DNA of 64,000 nt, taken from a virus (lineage: Duplodnaviria > Caudoviricetes). The DNA lies in IMG/VR virus record IMGVR_UViG_3300035507_000332. One strand, 5' to 3'. A program made the position numbers and the translations under genes. Positions 50,513 through 60,300 of this stretch are shown piece after piece. Every line of letters starts with the position of its first letter. The first letter of the stretch is position 1. Under the pieces are notes generated by a model. That model made no database searches. It had not been told where the DNA came from and worked only from the letters and a program-made list of their open reading frames with translations.

Positions 50513-51228
50513 ATGGGCGTTTTAAAAAGATGTGTCCAAAAGTCTACGTAGTCTCATTGCCTACAGACATCAGGAGACGTGCGCACACAGAGGACATACT
50601 CAAACCTTACGCTATTGAGCCAGAATTTATCGACGGCGTAATTGTCGAAGATATAGGCGAGGATATGTTCAAGCACCCAGGGTTCTACAAAGATATTGGG
50701 GATGCTACAGAGGAAGAAGTTCTCACGTACAGAAAGAGAATTTGTGGGGTGACTCAGGCGCATTTGCACGCACTAAAGAAAGGCATAGAAAATGCGGAAG
50801 AAGAGAACTCTCTGATATTCCTCATTCTGGAAGACGACATCGAACTTTGCGAAGACTTCGACGAAGCAGTTATCAACCTTTACGACAAGCTCGAATCCGA
50901 CAACAGAAATTGGATAGCGTGCAACCTACAGGTGCGCATGTATAGCTCAATGGCAGGCAAAAACAAGAAAGACCAGATAGCCAACGATACCTACTACAAA
51001 GGCACGACATGGGGACACCAAGGCTACATGTACAATTGCCGTGAATTGCCTAGGCTCAAGGACTTTTACCACGTCCTCAAGTACGGATGCCAAGAAGAAA
51101 TTGACAACTTCTACACACGCTTAGTCAATCACTTCAACCTTTATGGGTCTATTATTCCGATTGTTGCCCAGAAGGACGACTTCGTATCCAACATTTCCAC
51201 TAGAAACGACTACATCAACAACATATGA
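50509..51228 (+). CDS. GT25 family glycosyltransferase
   Basis: KVYVVSL...RRR, FIDGV, H...LK, LILEDDI, GYM, ID. Confidence 0.85.
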   Translation: MNGRFKKMCPKVYVVSLPTDIRRRAHTEDILKPYAIEPEFIDGVIVEDIGEDMFKHPGFYKDIGDATEEEVLTYRKRICGVTQAHLHALKKGIENAEEENSLIFLILEDDIELCEDFDEAVINLYDKLESDNRNWIACNLQVRMYSSMAGKNKKDQIANDTYYKGTTWGHQGYMYNCRELPRLKDFYHVLKYGCQEEIDNFYTRLVNHFNLYGSIIPIVAQKDDFVSNISTRNDYINNI

Positions 51229-51539
51229 CCCCTATCTACGGCAAACCAGATTTTGAGAAAATTGTTGAACGAGGCAAGGGAATTATTGTCGTCAAATTTT
51301 GGCGAGAGAATTGTCCGCCATGCCAGAGAGTATCACAGCTCCTTCACGATTGGGAAGACCTGGAAGAAGTACCTGCGACCTACTATTCAGTGAATCCAAA
51401 GGACAGAGGCAATTGGAACATCTGTAGGAAGTACAAGGTACAATTCTTCCCCACTGTATTGACATTCAAAGACGGAGTCCTTATAAATACATGCGAAGGC
51501 TCATTACCAAGTAAAAAAATGGTTTTGGGGCTGGATTAA
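51225..51539 (+). CDS. Thioredoxin
   Basis: VKFWRENCPPC, YKVQFFPT.L.FKDG. Confidence 0.85.
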   Translation: MTPIYGKPDFEKIVERGKGIIVVKFWRENCPPCQRVSQLLHDWEDLEEVPATYYSVNPKDRGNWNICRKYKVQFFPTVLTFKDGVLINTCEGSLPSKKMVLGLD

Positions 51540-51563
51540 GTGTAATTATAAATTCATTATCCG

Positions 51564-52076
51564 ATGGCAACCAAGCACATAACATTACTCGAAGCATTAG
51601 TGGCGATAAAGCGGCTTCACTCAATGAGATTTGAATTGCGCAAGAAGCTAGAGCGACTAAACGTCCACGCACCTAAAAATTCTTCTTTAGTATCTTCCAT
51701 ATTCTCCAAGTACATCTTGGTGAGCAGAGCGATGCCCGATCTTCAAGGAAAGATTTGGGACGCCAACCACGGAACGAACACAATCCTAGCTCACATCAAG
51801 CACGCAAAGGAAGAGATCGACTTTTACAACAAGTTGATGGAAGAAAATTCTCAAGAAGAACAATCAACGGTTAATGGCAAACAGGGTAAGTTACAGTGCT
51901 TGCTAACCTTCTCTGAAATTGAAGTGGTTATAGAAAATTTGCAAGCTAAAGTTTTCGAGTGGGAAAACAAGTTAGCTCAGCACAATTTTGAGCAAACCAT
52001 TGAAGTAGAAGAAGAGTATCTGAGTCTCATTGGTCCGTACAGCCAAGCGACAAAGCAATACTCAACGGATAACTAA
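51564..52076 (+). CDS. Coiled-coil hypothetical protein
   Basis: ORF with GTGTAA motif upstream. Confidence 0.6.
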   Translation: MATKHITLLEALVAIKRLHSMRFELRKKLERLNVHAPKNSSLVSSIFSKYILVSRAMPDLQGKIWDANHGTNTILAHIKHAKEEIDFYNKLMEENSQEEQSTVNGKQGKLQCLLTFSEIEVVIENLQAKVFEWENKLAQHNFEQTIEVEEEYLSLIGPYSQATKQYSTDN

Positions 52077-52167
52077 GGCGGAGACATCCCCCATTTTTAG
52101 AAAAACAACTACAAAGAAAAAGAATTTTCACTAACAACTTTTATAGGGGAAATTTCTTGTAACGCCT

Positions 52168-52205
52168 TGAGCCTGTGGTTTAGCTAACTGCAGGCTCATT
52201 TTTTT
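52168..52205 (+). terminator. Intrinsic terminator
   Basis: TGAGCCTG/CAGGCTCA then T7. Confidence 0.75.
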
Positions 52206-52299
52206 ATTTCACAAAGATTAAAATTTTCCTTGCCTAAAGTGTAAATTTATGTTGCAGACTTCAACAGTCTGCCAACAACAAACACACGAGGAAAAGAAA

Positions 52300-53121
52300 A
52301 TGTACAACATGTTTGGGGGAGGAAGTCCCTATGTGGCAACTATGCCGATGGAGCCAGCAGGCACAGCAAAGTCAGACAACTCTTGGGGAGCAAACAATCC
52401 GTTTGTGTACCTGATTTGGATGTGGGCATTTGCGATGTTCGGTGGTGGCTGGGGTAATGGCTTTGGACGCAACGGAAGCGGTTTAGGCCAAGGTTTAGGA
52501 ATGGCAGAAGGGTTTACCGCTTCACAGGTAGACGACATCCGCACGAAGGTAGGGGAGATAGCCTCCTCGATTGAATGTGGCAATAGTGGTCTAATGTCAG
52601 CAGCAAACCAGATTGCCGACCAAGCTCGACTTAACGGAATGCAAATTTCCGACGTCAAGTCGTCATTGCTCAACGCTTGTTGCGAATTGCAACACAATCT
52701 TTCCACTCAAGGATTGCAGTTTGCAAACCAGATGCAACAGTGTTGTTGCGCACTTGAAAACAAGATCGGTGAAGTAGGTTGTGGAATGGAAAAGGGTCTG
52801 TTGAATCAAACGATTCAGCTCAACAACAACCATTCTAACACAATGCAAGCTTTCGCCAACATCTCTGCTCAAATTGATAGACAGACATGTGCGATCAGCG
52901 ATGGCTTGTGTACGACACAGCGATTGATTTCAGCAGAAGCACAGACGACACGCCAACTAGTTCAAGACTTGCACATGCAAGATATTCTTGCGCTTAAGGA
53001 TGCCGAGATTGCAGCATTGCGAGACAAGGTCCAACTAACTCAAAGCGAAAATATTGCGACCGTCGCTTCAATGACGGCGGCAGACAAGATTATTGCAGCG
53101 TTGAAGACAACCTCTGCGTGA
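52300..53121 (+). CDS. Gly/Cys-rich coiled-coil phage protein (GGGWGNG...CCC type), function unknown
   Basis: Hydrophobic FVYLIWMWAFAMFGGGWG segment, CC/CCC coiled coil, TRQL..D motif. Confidence 0.65.
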   Translation: MYNMFGGGSPYVATMPMEPAGTAKSDNSWGANNPFVYLIWMWAFAMFGGGWGNGFGRNGSGLGQGLGMAEGFTASQVDDIRTKVGEIASSIECGNSGLMSAANQIADQARLNGMQISDVKSSLLNACCELQHNLSTQGLQFANQMQQCCCALENKIGEVGCGMEKGLLNQTIQLNNNHSNTMQAFANISAQIDRQTCAISDGLCTTQRLISAEAQTTRQLVQDLHMQDILALKDAEIAALRDKVQLTQSENIATVASMTAADKIIAALKTTSA

Positions 53122-53158
53122 GAAGAAATAGAACTACCTAACCAAGAAGGAGGTTCAA

Positions 53159-53734
53159 ATGTTCCCGACAGGAGGATTCAACCCGATGCAGATGGCAGGC
53201 TTGAGCGGATTACCAAATCCGTTTGCAAGCGGAGGGTACAGCAACGAACATCAGCTTCAGCACCACAACAAGGAAATGATGAAGTGGTTCGAGAAGTGCC
53301 TAGTAACAATAGTGGAAGAAGGCGAAGGCGAATTCCTGGAAGCTCTGAACAAAAAGATAGGGCAGATGGAAGAAGCCGAGCAATCATGGATGAGACGACA
53401 CGCTAGAGAAGTCTACGAAGTCGATTACCCAGACCACCACAAGAAGCACCACAAAAAGAAGCACTACTACGAGGAGGAAGACGAGGACGAAGACATCAGT
53501 CAATTTTGGCTCGAGCTAGAAGAGCTAGAAACAAAGTCCAAGAAAATTCCAGGGTTCAACATTCGTGCGCACCTAAAGAATGAGTACAGCAATTTGAACG
53601 ACGAGGAGTTACGAGTAGTCACGCACCTTTTTGACAAGGGTGGGTTACATAAGCTTGCGAAGGAAGCAGGTATGTCCACTAGAGAATTCTTAGAGATTAT
53701 CTCCGAGGCAGCAGAAAAAATCGACTGCGATTAG
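53159..53734 (+). CDS. Hypothetical protein with His/Lys and acidic tracts
   Basis: AGGAGG Shine-Dalgarno; partner of preceding gene. Confidence 0.65.
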   Translation: MFPTGGFNPMQMAGLSGLPNPFASGGYSNEHQLQHHNKEMMKWFEKCLVTIVEEGEGEFLEALNKKIGQMEEAEQSWMRRHAREVYEVDYPDHHKKHHKKKHYYEEEDEDEDISQFWLELEELETKSKKIPGFNIRAHLKNEYSNLNDEELRVVTHLFDKGGLHKLAKEAGMSTREFLEIISEAAEKIDCD

Positions 53735-53737
53735 TCA

Positions 53738-53773
53738 CAAAAAAAAGGAGTCATCTTTGCGGATGACTCCTTT
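53738..53773. terminator. Bidirectional terminator
   Basis: AAAGGAGTCATC/GATGACTCCTTT with A tract. Confidence 0.85.
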
Positions 53774-53795
53774 AATTATTTTTTAGAATTGATGA

Positions 53796-55052
53796 TTAGA
53801 TATCTTCGTCGTCACCATCAACCGTAGCGGCGGCAGTATTAGTAGCCTTAGCTTCGATTTCAGAGTAACAGAACACACCGTTTTCAGTATCGGTACGGCT
53901 ACCGATCTGAGTTTCAAGCGTAAGAGAAGCCGTGGTGTTCTGACCGATAGAAGAGTTAAAGGACTGTTCAGAGATGGTGCAGTTCTTAACCTTGTATTCG
54001 AGAGCGACCTTGGTCTTGTCCTTTGGATTCTTCACGGAGATGATAACATCAACCTTGGGGTTCTCTTCCAAGATTTCAGAGAGAGACGTGCCAGAGTTGA
54101 TGCCGTTCATGATAGCTTCGATCTGAACAGAAACCGTCAGAGGGAAGGTAATAGAACGAGCGTAGAAGAAACGAGTACCAAGCTTTTGCAAACCTTCACG
54201 AGACATAGGAATCGAGATGTTTGCGCTCTGGATGTACGAGCCAGTATCCTTCAGCTGAGCGAAGTCGATAAGGGTAGCTTCTTGTTCATCGGTCGTGCCG
54301 TGCTTCAAAAGCTTAACCGTAACGTCGCCAGGACGAAGGGCAGAAATTTCAGGGCTTTCCGTATCATAGTACTTTTGGAAAGTGTTAAGCTGAATTTCCG
54401 TAGTGTTAGGTTCGCCAGTAGCCAAGTCAACGTCAGGCATGGTGGTCTTGACTTCGACTTCGTCGTCGCCAGCTTCGATAAGAACGGCGTTGGTATTAGA
54501 GCCTTCAAAAGAAACAGATGCGGTTGGGAATTCACCCACAGCAAAGTTCATAGAGAAGTCAGTAATGTTCATACCACCGTAACCGAGGACAGCCACGTTA
54601 CTAGTAGAGCCAGCAGCCAAGCTCCAAGGCTTAACGTCGGCAAACTTAAATTGGTTCGTATCTTCACCTTCTTCAGCGATAGCAGAGAAGATGTCGAGGC
54701 CAGTGGAAGTATCTTCCAAGTGGCCACCAAGGAAAGAGTCATTCTTGTCCCAAGTACCGTCTTCACCCTTAGTACCACGGTTTACAACGAAGTTAAGAGC
54801 TTCTTCGTTAAAACCTTCAGAGAGGTAGTATTCAGTAGAAGCGGAGACCGTAGGAGCTTCCAAGTTAATACGGTCGATAGCAGCGAGCTGACCGAATTCG
54901 TTAATATCTTGGAAGGAAATGCTGTTCGTCGATTGGAAAGACTGAACACGATAGAGCTGTTGAAGAGCTTCTTCTGGATTTTCTGCGGAAGCAGGAACAA
55001 CCTGAAGCCCGATGCTCTGATAAATCAAACGATTACGCTTGTGTTTTGCCAT
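53796..55052 (-). CDS. Major tail tube protein (internally duplicated tube domain)
   Basis: RNRLIYQS start, two beta-rich repeats, strong codon bias, own terminator and GTGTAA motif. Confidence 0.7.
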   Translation of the reverse strand: MAKHKRNRLIYQSIGLQVVPASAENPEEALQQLYRVQSFQSTNSISFQDINEFGQLAAIDRINLEAPTVSASTEYYLSEGFNEEALNFVVNRGTKGEDGTWDKNDSFLGGHLEDTSTGLDIFSAIAEEGEDTNQFKFADVKPWSLAAGSTSNVAVLGYGGMNITDFSMNFAVGEFPTASVSFEGSNTNAVLIEAGDDEVEVKTTMPDVDLATGEPNTTEIQLNTFQKYYDTESPEISALRPGDVTVKLLKHGTTDEQEATLIDFAQLKDTGSYIQSANISIPMSREGLQKLGTRFFYARSITFPLTVSVQIEAIMNGINSGTSLSEILEENPKVDVIISVKNPKDKTKVALEYKVKNCTISEQSFNSSIGQNTTASLTLETQIGSRTDTENGVFCYSEIEAKATNTAAATVDGDDEDI

Positions 55053-55102
55053 GGCTTAGAAAAAAAGCAGGATTGATTTGTGAGAAATTCCTCTTTCATG
55101 GT

Positions 55103-55129
55103 TTACACAAAATCCGCTATGATGTGTAA
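55103..55129. promoter_or_regulatory. Divergent pair of GTGTAA putative late promoters
   Basis: TTACAC 55103-55108 toward tail tube gene; GTGTAA 55124-55129 toward GT pair. Confidence 0.55.
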
Positions 55130-55163
55130 TCCTCATATAGGAAACACACCTCAGACACCGCTC

Positions 55164-56129
55164 ATGTCAGACAAAAAGATTGAAAATATCGGGATTGTCA
55201 TCCCTGCTTACAAACGCCCCATTGAGACACGCCAAGCTATTTTTTCAGCACTTCACCAAAGCTATAAGTGCAAGGTATTTGTCTCAGTAAAGGGATACTC
55301 AGAAGACAGTTACAAGCGATTCTTCCTAGAAGAATTTGCCAAGGAAATTGAAGCAGGAGACTTAGTTCTTAGCTTCTCGACTAACAAAGGGCAAATTTCC
55401 AACACGCTCGACTGTATCCGAGATGCAGACATCAGCGATATTGACTACTTCGTAAAGATGGACAACGACGACGTCTATCTTAAACAGTACGTGGCAAACG
55501 TTGTAGACTTCTTACAGTACGAAGCCGAAAGCGAATTCTACCCCGATGTAGTTGGTACGTTCTCTTGCAATATGGTTTACCGCAATGCACGTGGTGACTT
55601 TTTTGCACCTAAGCGAGAAGGCTACCTCCTTGGACCGACAATTTGTTTCTCAAAGAAGGTGGTAGACATTCTCTTCAAGGTTGAGCAAGGCGACTACAGC
55701 GACCTTGAAGAAATTGGTCTTGACATCACGCAGTTCAACAACATTTCCGACGACCGATTCGTCTTTGAACTTGGCAAGAAGCTTGGCGGAGCAGTTGACT
55801 ATGGCAAAACCGACTACTTGTATATCAACGAAATCACACCTTCCTGTTGGCGAGGCTCTGACTATATTTCAGCAGCGAACAAATCCGCAACGCTCGAAGG
55901 TAGTTTTGGCTTAGAAGAAGAACAAGTATTGCACGTCTTCCACCCAGGTTGGAGCGGATACCTCATCATCCAAGGAGAACGATTCACAAGAGAAAACGGA
56001 GACCCAGGAGACGTCCTAGAATTCGACAGCGAAGGTATTTGGGTTAAGTGGGACAAATGGGGCAAGGAATACTTCCGTCTCAACCCCAACAAAAACTACT
56101 ATATCTACGAAGGCGAGTCTAAGTTGTGA
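55164..56129 (+). CDS. GT2-like (GT-A) glycosyltransferase with C-terminal WDKWG domain
   Basis: IVIPAYKR, ALHQSY, YFVKMDNDDVY. Confidence 0.82.
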   Translation: MSDKKIENIGIVIPAYKRPIETRQAIFSALHQSYKCKVFVSVKGYSEDSYKRFFLEEFAKEIEAGDLVLSFSTNKGQISNTLDCIRDADISDIDYFVKMDNDDVYLKQYVANVVDFLQYEAESEFYPDVVGTFSCNMVYRNARGDFFAPKREGYLLGPTICFSKKVVDILFKVEQGDYSDLEEIGLDITQFNNISDDRFVFELGKKLGGAVDYGKTDYLYINEITPSCWRGSDYISAANKSATLEGSFGLEEEQVLHVFHPGWSGYLIIQGERFTRENGDPGDVLEFDSEGIWVKWDKWGKEYFRLNPNKNYYIYEGESKL

Positions 56130-57103
56130 ACAGAGACTTTAGATTTGCGCTCCTCCTAACCACCTACAAGCGGTTATGCGAGGGGCAACTTCAGATATTC
56201 AAGATGCTCAACCAGAGCTACGAGAATTTCCATTTATTCGTAGCTGTGAAGGGGTGCTCTGAATACGTATTCAACAAGAGTTGGCTTCCCTACTTTCAAA
56301 AGCACATCGACGAAGGGAAGCTAACTCTGCGTCGATTCCCTAACAAAAACCAAATGAGCAATTTGGTCGATTGCGTGCGAGGACTAAACTTGCGAGGGTA
56401 CGACTACTTTTGCAAGATCGACGACGACGATTTCTACGACGTCAACTACCTCAAGCGATGCAACGAAGCAGCCAACGAGAGCAACGGCAAAAACTTATTT
56501 TGGATGGACAGGTCGTGCCGTCTAGTTGTCAACAGGCACGACGATTTTTACCGCTTCAAAAAGAACACCCAGTGGAATTCTTACTGGGGGCCAACGCTTT
56601 GCGCAACAAGGTTTGTATGGCAGGAATACATGAACTTGGAAAATGGAGAGGAAGACTTGCCCACATACATTGGCAAGAACAACCTACCAGCGATGCCAAG
56701 GCATAAAGACTGCGGATTCCACGAAGACAAACTGCTCTACTCAATGATGAGAGCTTTTGGTGGGGTCTACAATATTCGCAAGAATGGTATTCCCTACGTA
56801 ATGTTCAACGAGAGCAATGCGTCAGTTACACGAGGGGGGTTTGTCAACGGTTGGTTCCAGACAGAAAACTTTGACGTAACTAAGTCCGAGCTAGCCGAAG
56901 AACAAATTTTTTATTGCAAGACCCCCGATTTTGAAGACGACGTACGAGTATTTATGGGGTACGCCTGGGGAGTAGCAAGCGGAGCAACAGGCAAGGTAAT
57001 TAGTCTCACAGACACCGAGCTAGAAATCGACTGGGATAAATTCCTACCACAAAAATACATCCGACAAGAAGACGGTTCTTGGTGGTCTGACGACCCGATT
57101 TAA
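56126..57103 (+). CDS. GT2-like glycosyltransferase, paralog of preceding gene
   Basis: LLTTYKR, LNQSY, YFCKIDDDDFY, GPT, ED; same C-terminal domain. Confidence 0.82.
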   Translation: MNRDFRFALLLTTYKRLCEGQLQIFKMLNQSYENFHLFVAVKGCSEYVFNKSWLPYFQKHIDEGKLTLRRFPNKNQMSNLVDCVRGLNLRGYDYFCKIDDDDFYDVNYLKRCNEAANESNGKNLFWMDRSCRLVVNRHDDFYRFKKNTQWNSYWGPTLCATRFVWQEYMNLENGEEDLPTYIGKNNLPAMPRHKDCGFHEDKLLYSMMRAFGGVYNIRKNGIPYVMFNESNASVTRGGFVNGWFQTENFDVTKSELAEEQIFYCKTPDFEDDVRVFMGYAWGVASGATGKVISLTDTELEIDWDKFLPQKYIRQEDGSWWSDDPI

Positions 57104-57124
57104 CAATCCTCGGTGTAAACTAAG

Positions 57125-57340
57125 ATGATGCACCGTAATTACAAGAAAGAGTTCCAGAGCCACATCCGAGGCCGCCTCACCAAAGACCAACGCAAAACCC
57201 TAATGCTCAGCAGAGAAGCAGATGCCGTGACGGCATTTGCCAAATTGTCTATTGCCGAGCAAACACAAGTTGTTAGAGACTTAAAAGCCAAGGGTTTTGT
57301 GGCTCAAGCGGAATTCTTAGAGAAGAGAATCGGTGAGTAG
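57125..57340 (+). CDS. Small hypothetical protein
   Basis: GTGTAA motif directly upstream. Confidence 0.55.
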   Translation: MMHRNYKKEFQSHIRGRLTKDQRKTLMLSREADAVTAFAKLSIAEQTQVVRDLKAKGFVAQAEFLEKRIGE

Positions 57341-57362
57341 CAATCCAACAGGTTAGAGAAAG

Positions 57363-60300
57363 ATGTCGGAGTTTTCTTCAGTATATTATGTTGTACACCC
57401 ATCCAAAGGGCTGATTCCGTTTTACGGAGATTTTGCGTCCAAGAAAGATATTCTTGACGCAATTGGTCAACTTGGAGGGACGTTTAAGCCACTTGTCGTA
57501 TCATCGTTGCCTGATGCAGGGGAGGATGGGTTCATTTATTTTGTACCTAATGGGGTAGATGCAGGGGACAACCAACATAACGAGTACTTATATTTCAATG
57601 GGCGATGGGAGCTTATTGGGTCAACAGGAATCGACCTAACAGGCTTTGCCACTGAAGAAGCTCTGAACACGCATACGAGCAACTCATCCATTCACGTCAC
57701 AGCAACCGACAGGAATAGATGGGACTCGAAACAAGACGCAGGGGACTACGCTACAAACACCGATCTAACGACAGGGCTTGCTTCAAAGCAGGACGCAGGA
57801 GACTACGCCACCAACACGGCACTAACGACTGGGTTAGCTAAGAAGCAAGACGTCGGCGATTACGCCACAAATACTGCTCTAAAAGAAGGTCTAGCCACCA
57901 AACAAGACGTCGGAGACTACGCCACAAATTCCGATCTCACCAGTGGGCTTGCGACGAAGGTAAACACAGCGGAATTTTCCACTCACACAAACAACGGAGA
58001 TATCCACGTTACCCTCGACGACAAGAGCGTATGGAATTCCGCACCAACCAACTTAAAGCTACACACTGGAGATTCTGACATCCACGTTACAGCGAAGGAC
58101 AAAGCAAAGTGGAATGCGAAACAAGACGCAGGTGACTACGCCACCAACACCGCTCTAACCGAAGGATTAGCCACAAAGCAAGACGTCGGCGATTACGCCA
58201 CGAATACGGCACTTACCGAAGGACTCGCCACGAAACAAGCTGTAGGAGACTACGCAACGAATACAGCTTTAACAGAAGGGCTAGCCACCAAGCAAGACGT
58301 TGGCGATTATGCAACCAACGAAGCTTTGGCGACAGGTCTAGCCACGAAGCAAGATGCAGGTGATTACGCCACAACCGACGAACTGACTACCCACACAGGC
58401 AACACGGTTATTCACGTCACACAAGAAGACCGAGACCGATGGGACGCAGGTTCAAATGAAGGAGTCGAAGCCTCAATTGCAGAAGTCTCAGCCAACCTAA
58501 CCACACATACAGGTAATTCCGACATCCATGTCACAGCAGAAGACAAGGAAAAGTGGAATTCTTTGCCCACCCAGTTAGATGTAACTAACTCTGTTAATGA
58601 CGCCAAAGCTTCTCTTCAGTCCGACTTGCTCACCCACACAGGGAACGCAGCGATTCACGTCACCACAGAAGACAAAGCAATTTGGAACGCCAAGCAAGAT
58701 GCAGGTGACTACGCCACGAACGACGCATTGACGGCAGGACTGGCTACCAAACAGGATGCAGGGAGCTATGCTACAACCGATGAATTGGCAAGCCATACAA
58801 GCGACACAGAAATCCACGTCACAGCAGAAGACAAAGCCCGATGGGACGCAGGCTCAAACGAAGGCGTAGAAGCGTCTATAAGCGAGGTCAAGGACTTTCT
58901 TGGCACTCACGTAGGCGACACGTCTATTCACGTCACCACGGACGAGAAAGACGCCTGGAACGCCAAGCAGGGAGCAATCTCAACCGTCAACGTATCCAAG
59001 AGCGATGACGCTTCATCAATTGCCGATGGAGCATTGAACGTCAACTTACCTACGGATTGGTTCACTCAAGCTGAGATCGACACAAGCGACTTCGTCACCT
59101 TAAGCGGAGACCAAACTATTACAGGGAACAAATTCCTCAAGGGTGGCGTTGCCGCTTATTCCGCTGTAATGTTCGTCAATTCCACGAGTTCAGGAGACGA
59201 AACGATTGGCAGTATTTATCCAAGCTCAACGTCATACCCATTTGTATTCCTCAAGCCTGCATACTTCAGTGGCACGCAAAACGTATTCAAGAACAACGTC
59301 ATTGTCGGTGGGCAAGTAACAGCAGGAGCTGCTTCTATAGGAAACCTTGCCACAACAGGGTACGCCAAAATTGGTACAGACTTGACAGTAGATGGCCACG
59401 CTACAATCAATGGGTTGGTCACTACCATCAATAGCCAAGACCTCTATCTTGACGGACATATTCACTTGTCAAGTTCTGGCGGTAAATTTATTGATGGACA
59501 CTCTCTTTTCCGAGGCAGGGCTGAATTTTCAGGCTCGGTAGATATTGTCTCCGACACCAAGGTAAACGTCGATAGTAGCTCTATCCTTACGGTTGCCAAG
59601 ATGCAAACCGACACGGCGAAATTTACCTCAGATGAAATTTCCAACCAGGTAACCACCAAGAAGTACGTCGATAGCAAGATCGACTATGAAGTAAACACTC
59701 CTAGGCAATTTGTTATTTCCAGAGCAGAGTCTTGGAGTTCAGTCGCAGGTTGGTATTCTCAAGGAGAAGGCTTTTTGAGTATTCCTGGAATCGACACAAT
59801 CGACTGCTCCTTATACTCTTGCTCATCATGGGACGAAGCGTCGTTCTCCTTTACAACTCAGGGGAATTCCTCAATGTTGAGTTTGACGATTCCTGTGGGT
59901 ACGAATTCTTCAGGGAGCACGAACAACGGCACGGTAACTTCAGGCAATTATGTAACGCTTGACACCGACCAGAATATTTCAGGGAACAAATTCTTTGATG
60001 GGCATGTTACTTTCCAAGGACCGTTCGTGGTTTTTGATGTAGACGACATTTCTTTCTCAGGGAGCGTATCAGTTCGAGACCTTGAAGTTAGAGGCTCTTC
60101 TAACTTCTACAGCCAAGCGAATTTTTCTGGAGATGTCAATATCCAAAGCACTGGAAGCTTAAAGAATTCTGGGAGTACATACCTCAATGGTTACAACAAA
60201 GTAAACGGTTGGACATACCTTAATAGCTACAACAGCGTAAACGGTTGGACTGACTTTTATTCAGCAGCTTCTTTTCATAACGTAGCTCTTTTTGGTAGCG

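Noticed and set aside
54186-55076. 296-aa plus-strand ORF
   Set aside because: Antisense shadow of the codon-biased tail tube gene; no motif or credible start
57729-58400. 57-bp periodic repeats as CRISPR or DGR template
   Set aside because: In-frame coding repeats varying mainly at synonymous sites; no spacers, no reverse transcriptase
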